From Pirellulales bacterium (lineage in GTDB: Bacteria > Planctomycetota > Planctomycetia > Pirellulales > JACPPG01), in NCBI GenBank assembly GCA_036490175.1, contig DASXEJ010000088.1:1-64000 (forward strand): a stretch of DNA of 64,000 bases, written 5' to 3'. Both the position numbers and the translations under genes were made by a program. Below, in pieces: positions 11,248 through 22,659 of the stretch (position 1 is the first letter of the stretch; the number at the start of each line of letters is the position of its first letter). The notes below the pieces were generated by a model. It worked only from the letters and a program-made list of their open reading frames with translations. It had not been told where the DNA came from and made no database searches.

Positions 11248-11267
11248 AAACGGACAGAAACGGACAG
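11248..11267. repeat. Tandem direct repeat AAACGGACAG x2
   Basis: Direct reading: caaacggacagaaacggacagaat. Confidence 0.6.
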
Positions 11268-11341
11268 AATTTGGGACGAAACTCATTATTTCCCGGGAAA
11301 TGCGCTAGATCGTCCGGTCACGACGTCAATTTTCGGACCGT

Positions 11342-11368
11342 TGAATAATGTGAATAATGTGAATAATT
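11342..11368. repeat. Three tandem copies of the 9-bp unit TGAATAATG (the third is TGAATAATT), AT-rich, ~60 bp upstream of the second sulfatase start
   Basis: Direct reading: ttgaataatgtgaataatgtgaataatt. Confidence 0.7.
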
Positions 11369-11428
11369 CCCCGCAGCATGGTAGCGCCGCTGGGGGGTAA
11401 TCACACCAGTGTCGGCGGAAATTAACAA

Positions 11429-13126
11429 GTGACAACCATGATGTGGATCGTTCGCCTGACGTCGTTTCTTGGTCGACAGCTTTATGTGCCGCGACTGGCA
11501 GCCGCGAGGATCCTCGCCTTCGCAGTCATCGCAACATTCGCAGCCAACGCGCTGGCCGCTCAATCGCAGCCGCCGAATATCGTGCTGATCGTGGCCGACG
11601 ACATGGGCTGGTCGGATCTGGGTTGCTATGGATCCGAAATTGCGACGCCCAATATCGACAGGCTGGCCGCCGGCGGACTGCGATACACGCAGTTCTACAA
11701 TGCGGCCCGTTGCTGCCCCACACGAGCCGCGTTGTTGACGGGCCTTTATCCTCACGCGGCGGGCGTCGGGCATATGTTGCAGGATTGGCGCGTGCCGAAC
11801 TACACGTCGGGCATCCTGCCCACGACCGCCACCTTTGCAGAGATTTTGCACGAGGCCGGGTATCGCACGTACCACGTGGGGAAATGGCACGTCGGCGGAG
11901 CAGGCAAGGCCGATCACCCCAATCATCCGTTAAACCGCGGGTTTGATCACGCTTTTGGCACCGCGGGCGGCGGAGGTTATTTCAACCTGCAACCGCTCTA
12001 CCGCGATCGCGAATACATCAAACCCGGTGAGAATTTCTACGCGACCAATGCCTTCACAGAGAACGCGATCCACTTCCTGGAAGACTACGGTCGCACAGGC
12101 GAAGGAAAACCGTACCTGCTGGAACTCTGCTACACGGCTCCGCACTTTCCCCTGCACGCGTTGCCCGAAGATATCGTGAAGTATCGTGGACGCTACCGCG
12201 ATGGCTGGGACGCGCTGCGAGCCAAACGTTTCGCGCGGCAACAAGAGATCGGCCTGCTGCCGGCCGACACCAAGCTCTCGCCCCGCGACCCGGTCGCCAA
12301 GGCCTGGGAGGATTTGCCGGAATCGGAGCGTGACGAGTGGGATTTGCGCATGGCGGTTTATGCCGCCATGATTGATCGGATGGATCAGGGCATCGGCCAG
12401 GTTCTGGCTGCGGTCGATCGCCTGGGATCGCGCGATAATACTCTGGTACTTTTTCTTTCCGATAATGGCGCGAGCGCCGAGGCACTCGATACTTGGCCTA
12501 ATCCCGCCCGCGGACATCGCCCCGGAACTCAGACAGGCGAACCGGGCTCGCACCACTGCCTGGAAGTAGGCTGGGCCAACGCGGCCAACACACCCTTTCG
12601 CGAGCACAAGATGTGGGTCAACGAAGGCGGTATTTCCACGCCGCTTGTGGCAAGCTGGCCGGCCGGCATCGCGGCCCGCGGCGGTCTTTGCCATGACGTC
12701 GGGCACGTGATCGACATCATGCCGACGCTGCTGCAAGTAGCCGGCGCAAAATATCCCGCCGCACTGCACGATCGCCAGCTGTTGCCGTTGGCCGGACAGA
12801 GCCTGGCAGGCACATTTGCAGGCGACAAATCGAGCGAGCGGACATTGGCGTGGGAGCATGAGGGAAATCGCGCCATTCGCGTGGGCGATTGGAAGCTGGT
12901 TGCCGTCTATCGTGGCCCCTGGCAACTCTTTGACCTGGCGCACGACCGTTCGGAAACCAATGATCTCGCCAGCCAACAACCAGAAAAATCCCAAGAATTG
13001 GCCGTCGCCTGGCAAAGCTGGGCCGACAAGGTCGGCGTCGTTCCCTGGGAGCAATTGCCCGGAGCCAACTACAAACCATCGGCCGGCTACCGCAAAAAGT
13101 CCGAACCGGTAACGCCGGGACCATGA
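11429..13126 (+). CDS. Sulfatase (arylsulfatase family)
   Basis: Signal peptide, IVLIVADDMGWSDLGCYGS, and C-C-P-T-R (ARCCPTRAALLTG), the sulfatase active-site signature. Confidence 0.85.
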   Translation: MTTMMWIVRLTSFLGRQLYVPRLAAARILAFAVIATFAANALAAQSQPPNIVLIVADDMGWSDLGCYGSEIATPNIDRLAAGGLRYTQFYNAARCCPTRAALLTGLYPHAAGVGHMLQDWRVPNYTSGILPTTATFAEILHEAGYRTYHVGKWHVGGAGKADHPNHPLNRGFDHAFGTAGGGGYFNLQPLYRDREYIKPGENFYATNAFTENAIHFLEDYGRTGEGKPYLLELCYTAPHFPLHALPEDIVKYRGRYRDGWDALRAKRFARQQEIGLLPADTKLSPRDPVAKAWEDLPESERDEWDLRMAVYAAMIDRMDQGIGQVLAAVDRLGSRDNTLVLFLSDNGASAEALDTWPNPARGHRPGTQTGEPGSHHCLEVGWANAANTPFREHKMWVNEGGISTPLVASWPAGIAARGGLCHDVGHVIDIMPTLLQVAGAKYPAALHDRQLLPLAGQSLAGTFAGDKSSERTLAWEHEGNRAIRVGDWKLVAVYRGPWQLFDLAHDRSETNDLASQQPEKSQELAVAWQSWADKVGVVPWEQLPGANYKPSAGYRKKSEPVTPGP

Positions 13127-13288
13127 TTTGGCTTTGGCAACTCGCGGCAGCTCGCGATCCTGAATCGCGTGCGCCGGTGCGTTGCGAGCCACAGTTTCCC
13201 CAGTTATGCTTCGCCCCATCGCGACAGTACTCCGTTTGTGGCCAGGCACGGCCGGGCTCGTCGTTCACTTTCGTTGAGGATTCTATTA

Positions 13289-14014
13289 ATGAAATCTGTC
13301 AGCTTGCTGGGAGTGCTCGTGGTTGCGTTTGCGGCCCTGGGCGGCGCGGGAATATCGCGGGCTGCAGAGCCACTGCCCAAGGCCTTTGTCGACGGCACCG
13401 GCCTGGGCTGGAAACAGCTAACCGAGGCGGACTTCGTAAACGTCAACTGCAACGCCGACACTTGGACATGGAAGGACGGCGTCGCACATTGCACAGGCCA
13501 ACCGGTCGGCGTGATTCGATCAAAAAAGGAATACATTAACTTTGAACTGGTTGCCGAGTGGCAGCATCTGAAATCGGCCGGTAACTCGGGAATATTTGTC
13601 TGGACGATCCCCGCCTCGCTCGATGGACTCAAGCCCGGCAGCCTGCCGCAGGGGATCGAGGTGCAGGTGCTCGATCATGGCTACAAGGACCAGTACGAGA
13701 AACAGTCCAAGAAACAGGCCGATTGGTTTACGACCAATGGTGACGTGTTCCGTGTCGGCAAGGCGCGGCTGACCCCCTTTCCGCCCATCTCGCCCGACGG
13801 CTCGCGCAGTTTCCCGCGCAAGGAACTAAGCAAGGGAATCAACCAGTGGAACCACTACTATGTGCGAGCCATCAACGGCGAGATCCGCCTGTGGGTCAAT
13901 GGCGAGGAAGTCTCGGGCGGACAAGATGCAGATCCGCGGACGGGTTTCCTCTGCCTCGAATCGGAGGGTTCGCCCGTCGAGTTCCGCAACCTGCACATTC
14001 GCGAGCTACCTTAA
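13289..14014 (+). CDS. Secreted DUF1080 (LamG-like jellyroll, 3-keto-disaccharide hydrolase family) protein
   Basis: Signal peptide MKSVSLLGVLVVAFAALGGAGISRA, and the typical end ...GFLCLESEGSPVEFRNLHIRELP. GAGGA lies 8 nt upstream of the ATG at 13289. Confidence 0.7.
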   Translation: MKSVSLLGVLVVAFAALGGAGISRAAEPLPKAFVDGTGLGWKQLTEADFVNVNCNADTWTWKDGVAHCTGQPVGVIRSKKEYINFELVAEWQHLKSAGNSGIFVWTIPASLDGLKPGSLPQGIEVQVLDHGYKDQYEKQSKKQADWFTTNGDVFRVGKARLTPFPPISPDGSRSFPRKELSKGINQWNHYYVRAINGEIRLWVNGEEVSGGQDADPRTGFLCLESEGSPVEFRNLHIRELP

Positions 14015-14116
14015 GGCACCTCTCTCGACGAAGAGTGGCGAGCGTGACATGAAAAACGCTGATGCAAAGGCCTCAATACTTCCGCTTTGCAATCAACGTT
14101 TTGTGATCTGTCTTTC

Positions 14117-14734
14117 CTACAGGTGGATGATTCCCCGTGCCAGGGCGATCGTTACGGCATGCGTACGATCCGTCGCATCGAGCTTTGCCAGGATGTTCTG
14201 AATGTGCATCTTGACGGTGCCGCTGGCGGTGCCGAGGCGGGAGGCGATCTCTTTGTTGGCCAGGCCTTTGGCGACCCAGGACAATACTTCGACCTCGCGC
14301 GCCGTGAGGGCGACTTGCGGGAAGTATCCGCTCAGCCGCTCGACGACTTCTGGCGGGAGCAGACGCTGGCCGGAATGGACAATGCGGATGGCCTTGAGAA
14401 TCTCGGTGTGGACCATCTCCTTCAGCAAATATCCGCGCACACCGGCCTCGAGGGCGCGGTAAATGTCCTGATCGCCGTCGAAGCTGGTGAGCGCGATAAT
14501 TTTGGCTTCGGGATACTCCTGGCGAATCAGGCGGCTCGCTTCGATTCCATCGACGTCGGGCATTCGCAGATCCATGAGCGTAACGTCAGGCTTATGCTGC
14601 CGAAAAAGCTCGACGGCCATACGACCATTGGCGGCCTCGGCAACCAGCTTGATATCGCTTTCGTTGGCCACGATCGACGAGATCCCCTTGCGCACCAGGG
14701 AATGATCGTCGACGCAAAGCACGCGAATCGGCAT
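14117..14734 (-). CDS. Two-component response regulator, NarL/FixJ (LuxR C-terminal HTH) family
   Basis: REC domain (VLCVDDHSLVRKG..., conserved D and K) followed by a LuxR-type HTH (LTAREVEVLSWVAKGLANKEIASRLGTASGTVKMHIQNIL). Start MPIRV at 14732-14734. Confidence 0.85.
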   Translation of the reverse strand: MPIRVLCVDDHSLVRKGISSIVANESDIKLVAEAANGRMAVELFRQHKPDVTLMDLRMPDVDGIEASRLIRQEYPEAKIIALTSFDGDQDIYRALEAGVRGYLLKEMVHTEILKAIRIVHSGQRLLPPEVVERLSGYFPQVALTAREVEVLSWVAKGLANKEIASRLGTASGTVKMHIQNILAKLDATDRTHAVTIALARGIIHL

Positions 14735-14854
14735 CGTTGGCGGAGCGGTTGGCATTAGTGACCTGTGTGCGCCATGCGCACCCTTTCCTTGTCTGCTAGA
14801 GTGATCGAGGATCGCCAATAAACGGGTGCCGCGTGGCGTGGAAAACGATCATGC

Positions 14855-17800
14855 TCAGGCCTCCCTGGTGGCGGGATGACGCGACGTGACGGGAACGCCG
14901 TGCGCAGAGTCCGACAGGGGCAGACGAACCGACACGGCAGTCCCCGCACCCGGCTCGCCCGCCATGCGGAATTCGGCACCGATTTGCGTGGCCCGTTCCT
15001 TCATACCGATAAGGCCGTAATGCCCCGGCCGCGCCCAAGGCCCTTCCGCGATTGCAAATCCGACCCCGTCATCGGCAATGGTCAACAGAATCTGCTGCTG
15101 CGTGCAAGCCAGCGAGACGTCGATCGTTCGTGCGCCGGAGTGCTTCACGGCGTTGGTAACGGCTTCCTGCGCAATTCGCAGCAAGTTGTACTCGACTTCC
15201 ACCGGCAATTGCCGGGGGCTGTCGCTAAGCTCCAATCGCAGGCGCACTTCCCGAGTTTCGGTAAGTTGTCGGGCCGCCTGGGCAATGGCGCCGGCCAGCC
15301 CCGACCGATCGCCAGGGCCGCTGCGCAATCCGGCCACCGAACGACGTGCGTCCCGCAAGCAGCTAGCGGCGTCGCGAATGATTTCATCAAGGGTGCCACG
15401 TTCGTTCGAAGGCGAGAGCCTCGCGGCGAGGGCCTGCATCTCCATTGTCACCCCAGAGAAACCTTGGATCAGCGTATCGTGCAACTCGCGGGCGATGCGG
15501 CTTCGTTCGGCGACGACCGCTCGCATTTGCTCCTTGATACGGCGGACGCGCAACCGATACACCCCCAGGCCTGCCAGCCCCAATGTCATGCCGACGAGCG
15601 GTAGAAACCACGACGTCTGGTAGAAATGCGGCTCAATCGTGAAGGCCACCGGCTCCCCCTGGTCCCAGTCCGCATTGTCCGATTTGCGGGCCATCACACG
15701 GAACCGATAATTGCCGGGCGCTAAATTGGTGTAGAAAGCCTCGCGCCGCGCGCCGGCGTCGATCCAATCGTTGTCGAAGCCTTCCAGTTTGTAGCGGAAT
15801 GTAATCCGCATGGGCGTCAAAAGGCTAAGCGCCGTGTACTCAAACGCCACGTTGGAAGAACCCGGCGGCAGAGTGCCGATTTCCCGCGGATTACGGATTT
15901 GACCATTGACCACGACCCCCTCGACGACAACGGGCGCCGGGGGAAGAACGCGCACCAGGCGCGCCGGATCGATGACCAACAGGCCGAGCGTGGTCGACAT
16001 CCACAGGCGTCCGTCGCGGGTCTTGCACATGCTCGCTTGAATGCCTTCACGTGCCTCGAACGTGCGCATGGCGTCGGTCATCCGGAACGGCGTGCTTTTC
16101 AGCTTGGCGAGATTGCCGCCGGCAAACTTGAGCAGATCAGCCCGCGGAACGTAGGAGATTCCGCTGCTAGAGGCCATCCACAACCGATCTTCGTCGTCGA
16201 CCACCAGGCCGGAAATATCGTCGTCGTAAAGACCAGTCCTCGTCGTGAAGGTGATGACCTTCTCGCCGTCGAGCAGCAACAGCCCGTCCGCTTCGGTGCC
16301 GATCCACAGTCGGCCGTCCACGTCCTCGTAGAGTGTGTCGACGTCACGATTTGCCAGTGCGCCACTGGGAAATGGTCGATACTGCTGATCGGCGTAAGAG
16401 TACAATCCGTCGCGTGTCGCCGCGATAAGTGTGCCGTCTCGGCGTTCCAACACCGCGCGAACGGGCGCGGCAAGATCGCCGGCATTTCCGGGGGGCAGTA
16501 CGATGCGTCCCTCATGCAGCTTGGCGATTCCGGCCGAAGTCCCTATCCACAGGCATCCGCGGCTTCCCTGACACAAGCTGGTGACGAGGTTCGCAGGCAG
16601 CCCGTCTTCGACGGTAAATTTCTTCTCGATTCGTCCTTCGCGCATCGAGTTTAGACCGCAATCCGTACCAATCCACAGCTGTCGGTCGTTGTCAGCAGCG
16701 AGCGCGTAAATGGTGTCACTTACCAAGCCGTCGCTCTTGGTCAAGTTGACGAACCGTCGGCCATCGAAACGCGCCAATCCGGCACCGAGCGTGCCGACCC
16801 AGATGTTTGCATCGGCATCTTGGCAGATCGGCCCAACTTCGTTGCTGGGTAACCCCTCACGGACCGTGAAGGGGAGAGTTCTTCGGTCACTAAACTGATT
16901 CAGTCCGTGCTTGGTGCCGACCCATAGGCTGCCTTCGCGATCTTCGCATATTGAATAGACGGTACTTTGCGACAGTCCATCGGCCGCGGTGAGGCTTTCG
17001 AACTCGCCATCGCGCAGGCGACTAAACCCGTCTTTGGTACCAACCCACAAACTGCCGTCTCGTCCGGCCGTTAAACAGAGGATCGAATCGTCGGCCGGCG
17101 AGCGCGCGCTCGACAGTCGATTGTCCCGACCATCCTTGACTCGAATCAGACCGGCTGAAGTTCCAACCCAGACGGTTCCGTCCTCGGCTTCGGCGATAGC
17201 GCGCACGCGTGCACCGGCAGGCATACTGGCCAGCTCGCGTGTGGTCCATGCTTTGCCGTCGAAAATTCCTAACCGATTTCCTTCGCCACCGACCCAGATA
17301 TTGCCGTCTTGCGTTTCGGCCAGTGCGTGAATGTCGACCAACGGCAACCCCTGGTCTCGACCAAAGGCCGCAACTCTGTCGTCCGTAAGCCGCACAATGC
17401 CGGCCGAGGTGCCAGCCCACACCGCGCCTTTTTTATCAGCAATGACGCATTGCACAGTCTCTGACGGAAGGCCGTCGGCCAAAGTAAAGCGTCTCGGCGT
17501 CGGGCAGCGGTAGCGGATCAATCCCTGTCGATCCGTCGCGATCCACAAGCTATGTGACTGATCCTCACAAAGATCGTGAACCCAGAGGTCTTCCGGTTTA
17601 ACACCCGCGCATTCACGAACCGTTGTGAAGCGCAATCCGTCGAAGCGAATCAGTCCGGCCGGCGATCCCAACCACAGATAACCGTCGCTGGTTTGCGAGA
17701 CGACAAAAATCTTGGGATCTGGCAAACCTTGCGGTACCTGCCACACGCGGTGAAACGCCTGCGTTAATGCTCGCGCTGCGTCGAGCGCGTTGGCCGACTC

Positions 17801-17920
17801 AGTTATGCCAACGATCGCGATTAAGAGGGTTAATAGGAATACAAGCACGGCCGGTCGGCGCGCGGGTTTCAAATACGAAACGATCGCACGATTAAGGCCG
17901 GATTGAATCTCGATGTGCAT
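14855..17920 (-). CDS. Sensor histidine kinase with a large periplasmic beta-propeller (two-component regulator propeller, Y_Y_Y-like) sensor, a HisKA_3 dimerisation domain and an HATPase_c domain
   Basis: Repeated W/LG...GL motifs typical of regulator propellers are followed by a TM segment (WFLPLVGMTLGLAGLGVY), an H-box (ARELHDTLIQGFSG) and an ATPase domain. The gene pairs with the NarL-type regulator immediately downstream. Start is uncertain between 17920 and 18028. Confidence 0.8.
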   Translation of the reverse strand: MHIEIQSGLNRAIVSYLKPARRPAVLVFLLTLLIAIVGITESANALDAARALTQAFHRVWQVPQGLPDPKIFVVSQTSDGYLWLGSPAGLIRFDGLRFTTVRECAGVKPEDLWVHDLCEDQSHSLWIATDRQGLIRYRCPTPRRFTLADGLPSETVQCVIADKKGAVWAGTSAGIVRLTDDRVAAFGRDQGLPLVDIHALAETQDGNIWVGGEGNRLGIFDGKAWTTRELASMPAGARVRAIAEAEDGTVWVGTSAGLIRVKDGRDNRLSSARSPADDSILCLTAGRDGSLWVGTKDGFSRLRDGEFESLTAADGLSQSTVYSICEDREGSLWVGTKHGLNQFSDRRTLPFTVREGLPSNEVGPICQDADANIWVGTLGAGLARFDGRRFVNLTKSDGLVSDTIYALAADNDRQLWIGTDCGLNSMREGRIEKKFTVEDGLPANLVTSLCQGSRGCLWIGTSAGIAKLHEGRIVLPPGNAGDLAAPVRAVLERRDGTLIAATRDGLYSYADQQYRPFPSGALANRDVDTLYEDVDGRLWIGTEADGLLLLDGEKVITFTTRTGLYDDDISGLVVDDEDRLWMASSSGISYVPRADLLKFAGGNLAKLKSTPFRMTDAMRTFEAREGIQASMCKTRDGRLWMSTTLGLLVIDPARLVRVLPPAPVVVEGVVVNGQIRNPREIGTLPPGSSNVAFEYTALSLLTPMRITFRYKLEGFDNDWIDAGARREAFYTNLAPGNYRFRVMARKSDNADWDQGEPVAFTIEPHFYQTSWFLPLVGMTLGLAGLGVYRLRVRRIKEQMRAVVAERSRIARELHDTLIQGFSGVTMEMQALAARLSPSNERGTLDEIIRDAASCLRDARRSVAGLRSGPGDRSGLAGAIAQAARQLTETREVRLRLELSDSPRQLPVEVEYNLLRIAQEAVTNAVKHSGARTIDVSLACTQQQILLTIADDGVGFAIAEGPWARPGHYGLIGMKERATQIGAEFRMAGEPGAGTAVSVRLPLSDSAHGVPVTSRHPATREA

Positions 17921-18247
17921 GTCCTGATAGCCCTCCGGCAGAGTCCGAAAAAGCGCGACGGCTAGCGAAAACCGGGACTGCACACCCCGTCGCAGCACGG
18001 TAATTATCCGACGCTCCACCCACCTCATCTTCCACTATATCCGTGTTCCCAGGGGGGCGGAAACTGGCGTTGTCATGAATCCTCTTGCACGCTATGCCAA
18101 ATGGCATAGCGTTAATCTGGCCACGTTACGATTGCCGTGAGGCTGAATAACGTACATGATGGTGGAGGGTGCTGACGGTCACGCTACGTCTTGAGTGGGG
18201 CGCCCGCAATCCTTCATCACGCCTGACCAGCCGGCAGGGGCGTCGAG

Positions 18248-19543
18248 GTGGCCAGTATGATCTCGAAAGTCCTCGTCAAGTCGCCCGAGCATAGACAGCA
18301 GCCGACAACGGCGCTGCCTCCGCTTGGGCATCCGCCCAAGGCTCGCCGCCGCATGGGCAGATGGCTTGCCTTGGCCGTCTTGGTTGGCGCTGCTGCGGCC
18401 GCCTATTTCACCGTACCTTGGGAGACCGTCGCAGGGTTGCTACCGTTAGGCGGCGCCAAGCCTGTCGCCACACGCGAAGTGCGGGCCATTCCGGTCGTAG
18501 CCGTAGCCGCCCGGCAGGGCGATATGAGCTTGTATCTCAACGGCCTCGGGTCCGTGACAGCGCTCTACACGGTCACGCTCCGCAGCCGGGTTGATGGCGA
18601 GCTTCTGAAGGTCGCATTTTCGGAGGGTCAGGTTGTCGAGAAGGGAGACCTACTAGCTCAGATCGATCCACGTCCCTACCTGGTTCAACGCCTGCAAGCG
18701 CAAGGGCAATTGCTCAAGGATGAAGCGGCCCGGCAAATCGCCCAACTCAATCTGGATCGCTTTTTGGCCCTGCTCCCCAACAGGACAGTAACCCAGCAAC
18801 AAGTGGACGAGCAAATAGCACTCGTCAAACAGGCCGAGGGTGCTATCGAGGCTGACCAGGCGTTGATCAAGAACATTGATCTGCAACTCGAATACTGCAA
18901 GATCGTGGCACCGATCCCCGGCACCATCGGGCTGCGTCTAGTCGACCCCGGGAACATGGTTAAGGCCAACGATCCGACCGGCATGGCCGTGATCAATCAA
19001 TTGCAGCCCATCACAGTTGTCTTCACCATCCCGCAAGATGATATTTCCCGGCTGCAAAAACAAATCAACTCGGGACGCGAACTCGGCGTTGATGCGTTCG
19101 ACCGCGATTTCAAAAATAAGCTTGCCAGCGGCACGCTCAAGGCACTGGATAATCAGGTCGACGTCACGACCGGAACGGTCAAATTGAAGGCGATCTTCCA
19201 GAACGAAGATCACATGCTGTTTCCCAATCAATTCGTGAACGCCCGGTTGTTGGTCGATACGATGCACGACGCGGTAATCGTCCCTGCGGCGGCAGTACAG
19301 CAGGGGCCCACCGGCACGCTGGTTTACGTGGTGGGGCCGGATTCTACGGTGGAAGTGCGACCCGTGACCGTCGGACCCACCGAGGCAGACGAGACCACCA
19401 TTGCCAGCGGGTTGTCGCCGGGTGATGTGGTCGTGGTGGACGGCGTCGACAAGCTTCAGCAGGGAACCAAAGTCGCACTGCGAGAGCGTGTGTCGCCCGC
19501 CGGCGGCGTGCCCACTGCCGGACGCCCCGCGCAAGGTTCCTAA
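18248..19543 (+). CDS. RND efflux membrane fusion protein (MdtA-like adaptor)
   Basis: TM/signal segment, a lipoyl-like region and coiled-coil hairpin ([26 protein letters not shown]), then a beta-barrel. Its stop overlaps the start of the next RND gene (TAATG). An alternative start is MGRWLALAV at 18353. Confidence 0.85.
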   Translation: MASMISKVLVKSPEHRQQPTTALPPLGHPPKARRRMGRWLALAVLVGAAAAAYFTVPWETVAGLLPLGGAKPVATREVRAIPVVAVAARQGDMSLYLNGLGSVTALYTVTLRSRVDGELLKVAFSEGQVVEKGDLLAQIDPRPYLVQRLQAQGQLLKDEAARQIAQLNLDRFLALLPNRTVTQQQVDEQIALVKQAEGAIEADQALIKNIDLQLEYCKIVAPIPGTIGLRLVDPGNMVKANDPTGMAVINQLQPITVVFTIPQDDISRLQKQINSGRELGVDAFDRDFKNKLASGTLKALDNQVDVTTGTVKLKAIFQNEDHMLFPNQFVNARLLVDTMHDAVIVPAAAVQQGPTGTLVYVVGPDSTVEVRPVTVGPTEADETTIASGLSPGDVVVVDGVDKLQQGTKVALRERVSPAGGVPTAGRPAQGS

Positions 19544-22500
19544 TGAATCCCTCTCGGCCATTCATTCTGCGGCCCGTCGCCACGGTGCTGTTGATGGCCG
19601 CCATTCTGCTGACGGGCATCGTCGCCTATTACCAGTTGCCGGTTTCGGCGCTGCCGCAGGTCGATTACCCGACGATTCAAGTCATGACGTTTTACCCCGG
19701 TGGAAGCCCCGAGGTCATGGCGTCGTCCGTTACGGCCCCCTTGGAGCGGCAATTTGGCCAGGTACCCGGTCTGAACCAGATGACGTCAAGCAGCTCGGAA
19801 GGCTGCTCGGTGATCACGCTGCAATTCATTCTCGATCTGAATATCGACGTGGCCGAGCAGCAGGTGCAAGCCGCGATCAATGCCGCGGCGACGTTCCTGC
19901 CGCGCGATCTGCCGGTCCCTCCCATCTACAGCAAGACAAATCCGGCGGACGCACCGATTCTGACACTGGCCCTCACCTCGTCCACGCTCCCCCTGTCCAA
20001 GGTGCAGGATTTCGCCGATACCCGGCTGGCCCAGAAGATCTCGCAGCTCTCCGGCGTCGGGCTGGTAAGCATCAGCGGAGGGCAAAAGCCCGCCGTGCGC
20101 ATCCAGGCCAACCCGACGGCATTGTCCGCACTTGGCATGAGTTTGGAAGATGTCCGCATGGCGGTTTCGCTGGCCAACGTAAACCAGGCCAAGGGCAGCT
20201 TCGATGGCAGCCGCCAATCGTTCACCATCAGCGCCAATGATCAACTGCTCACGAGCGACCAATACCGCAAGCTGATTATCGCCTACCGCAACGGCGCTCC
20301 GGTGATCCTGTCGGATGTAGCCAGCGTCATCGACGGCGTTGAGAACGCCCGGCAAGCTGCGTGGATGAACGAGATTCCGGCCGTGATTCTCAACATTCAG
20401 CGGCAACCCGGGGCAAACATCATTGACGTGGTCGAACGCGTCAAAAAACTGTTGGTCCAGCTCCGCGCCTCGCTGCCCGCGGCGATTTCGATTTCAGTGC
20501 TGACCGACCGTACCACTACGATTCGGGCCTCGGTCGAAGACGTGCAGTTCGAGTTGGTCCTGACCATTGGGCTGGTGGTGCTGGTCATCTTTTTGTTCCT
20601 GCGCAGTCTGACGGCCACCGTGATTCCGAGCGTGGCTGTCCCGCTGTCCTTGGTCGGAACGTTTGCGGTGATGTACCTGCTGGGGTACAGCCTGAACAAC
20701 CTTACGTTGATGGCGTTGACGATCTCGACCGGCTTTGTCGTCGACGACGCCATCGTCATGATCGAGAACATCGCGCGCTACATCGAACAAGGCGAAGCGC
20801 CGATGGCGGCGGCGTTAAAGGGTTCGTCCGAAATCGGTTTCACCATCGTATCGCTCACGATCTCGCTCATCGCGGTACTGATACCCCTGCTGTTCATGGG
20901 CGATATCGTCGGCCGGCTCTTTCGCGAGTTCGCAGTTACGCTGAGCGTCACCATTCTGGTGTCAGCGCTGGTGTCACTGACGCTCACCCCCATGATGGCC
21001 GCGCGCATCCTGCAGCATCAGCCCGAGTCGCAGCAGGGGATGATGTACCGCCTGTCCGAGAGCTTTTTCAACGAGGTGATCCGCTGGTACGGCGGCACAC
21101 TGAGATGGGTGCTCCGGCATCAGGTCATGACGCTTGTGGTCGCGATCGCCACGCTGCTGGCCACCGTGTACCTGTACATTGTCGTGCCCAAAGGCTTTTT
21201 CCCCGTTCAGGACGGCGGCGTGATCTTGGGCATCTCGGAAGCCCCGCACACGGTTAGCTTTGCAGCCATGTCCGAGCTGCAACAGAAGTTGACCCACGTC
21301 ATCGTAAAAGACCCGGCCGTCGAAAGCTTGTCGTCGTTCATCGGCATCGACGGCACGAACTCGACGCTCAACAGCGGCCGGATTTTGATTAACCTCAAGC
21401 CGCTCGAAGATCGTCACATATCGGCCTCTACCGTCATCCGCCGCCTGCAGGGCGAACTCGAACATGTTGACGGCATCACGCTCTTCATGCAGCCGGTGCA
21501 GGACCTGACCGTAGAAACCAGGGTCAGCCGCACGCAGTTCCAGTACAGCCTGGAAGATCCAGATGCAAAAGAACTGAGCCTGTGGGTTCCCCAGCTGGTA
21601 AGCCGTTTGAAGACATGCCCTCAACTGGTCGATGTGACGAGTGATCAGCAGGACATGGGACGACAGATTCGCGTCGTCATCGATCGGGACTCGGCGTCAC
21701 GGTTGGGCATCACGCCGCAAATGATCGATGACGTGCTGTACGACGCGTTCGGTCAACGGCAGATATCGATGATGTTCACGCAACTGAACCAATACCGGGT
21801 CGTGCTGGAGGTTAAGCCCGAGTTCCGCGATAATCCACAAGACATCAGCAACATTTACATTCATTCTCCGCTGGCGGGAAAAGTACCACTTGGCACGTTC
21901 ACGCGCATCGAAGAGTTGAATGCGCCGCTGGCCGTTAACCATCAGGGCCAGTTTCCGGTGACCACGATCTCGTTCAACCTGGCGCCGGGGTCGTCTTTGG
22001 GTGACGCAGTGCAAGCGGTGGAACAGGCTAAAGAAGAACTCGACCTGCCGCTGAGTATCAATGCTACGTTCCAAGGCACGGCGAAGGCATTTCAGGCGTC
22101 GTTGCGCAATGAGCCGTTATTAATTCTGGCGGCGCTCGTTACGGTATATATCGTACTCGGCGTACTCTACGAGAGTTACATTCATCCGATCACGATTCTC
22201 TCGACGCTGCCGTCAGCTGGCGTCGGCGCATTATTGGCGCTCATGCTCTTCGGCATGGACTTGGATGTGATCGCGCTGATCGGCATCATCCTGCTGATCG
22301 GCATTGTGAAGAAGAATGCGATCATGATGATCGACTTTGCACTCGAGGCCGAGCGGCACGAGGGCAAGCCGCCGGGAGAGGCCATCTACGAAGCCTGCCT
22401 GTTGCGCTTCCGGCCCATTATGATGACCACCATGGCCGCGCTATTGGGTGCACTGCCGCTGGCGCTGGGAAACGGCGTCGGTTCCGAGCTACGACGCCCC

Positions 22501-22659
22501 TTGGGCATTACGATTATTGGCGGCCTATTGGTAAGCCAGGTACTGACGTTGTACACAACCCCGGTCATCTATTTGGCCTTCGACGGTATTGCCAAACGCC
22601 TCCGCAAGCGGTCGTCCTCGGAACCTGCGGCCACGCCCGTGGGGGAGGATTGGACATGA
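19543..22659 (+). CDS. RND efflux permease, MdtB-like (heteromeric RND pair, subunit 1), 1038 aa
   Basis: Starts [47 protein letters not shown], an MdtB/MdtC-type N-terminus with 12-TM architecture. Confidence 0.9.
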   Translation: MNPSRPFILRPVATVLLMAAILLTGIVAYYQLPVSALPQVDYPTIQVMTFYPGGSPEVMASSVTAPLERQFGQVPGLNQMTSSSSEGCSVITLQFILDLNIDVAEQQVQAAINAAATFLPRDLPVPPIYSKTNPADAPILTLALTSSTLPLSKVQDFADTRLAQKISQLSGVGLVSISGGQKPAVRIQANPTALSALGMSLEDVRMAVSLANVNQAKGSFDGSRQSFTISANDQLLTSDQYRKLIIAYRNGAPVILSDVASVIDGVENARQAAWMNEIPAVILNIQRQPGANIIDVVERVKKLLVQLRASLPAAISISVLTDRTTTIRASVEDVQFELVLTIGLVVLVIFLFLRSLTATVIPSVAVPLSLVGTFAVMYLLGYSLNNLTLMALTISTGFVVDDAIVMIENIARYIEQGEAPMAAALKGSSEIGFTIVSLTISLIAVLIPLLFMGDIVGRLFREFAVTLSVTILVSALVSLTLTPMMAARILQHQPESQQGMMYRLSESFFNEVIRWYGGTLRWVLRHQVMTLVVAIATLLATVYLYIVVPKGFFPVQDGGVILGISEAPHTVSFAAMSELQQKLTHVIVKDPAVESLSSFIGIDGTNSTLNSGRILINLKPLEDRHISASTVIRRLQGELEHVDGITLFMQPVQDLTVETRVSRTQFQYSLEDPDAKELSLWVPQLVSRLKTCPQLVDVTSDQQDMGRQIRVVIDRDSASRLGITPQMIDDVLYDAFGQRQISMMFTQLNQYRVVLEVKPEFRDNPQDISNIYIHSPLAGKVPLGTFTRIEELNAPLAVNHQGQFPVTTISFNLAPGSSLGDAVQAVEQAKEELDLPLSINATFQGTAKAFQASLRNEPLLILAALVTVYIVLGVLYESYIHPITILSTLPSAGVGALLALMLFGMDLDVIALIGIILLIGIVKKNAIMMIDFALEAERHEGKPPGEAIYEACLLRFRPIMMTTMAALLGALPLALGNGVGSELRRPLGITIIGGLLVSQVLTLYTTPVIYLAFDGIAKRLRKRSSSEPAATPVGEDWT

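Noticed and set aside
11318-11926. 202-aa minus-strand ORF overlapping the start of the second sulfatase
   Set aside because: It is antisense to a strongly supported sulfatase gene carrying the CCPTR motif. No motif or RBS.
14876-17767. Multiple plus-strand ORFs of 180-250 aa inside the histidine kinase region
   Set aside because: Antisense to the kinase gene, which has a clear propeller, H-box and ATPase domains. High-GC mirror ORFs.
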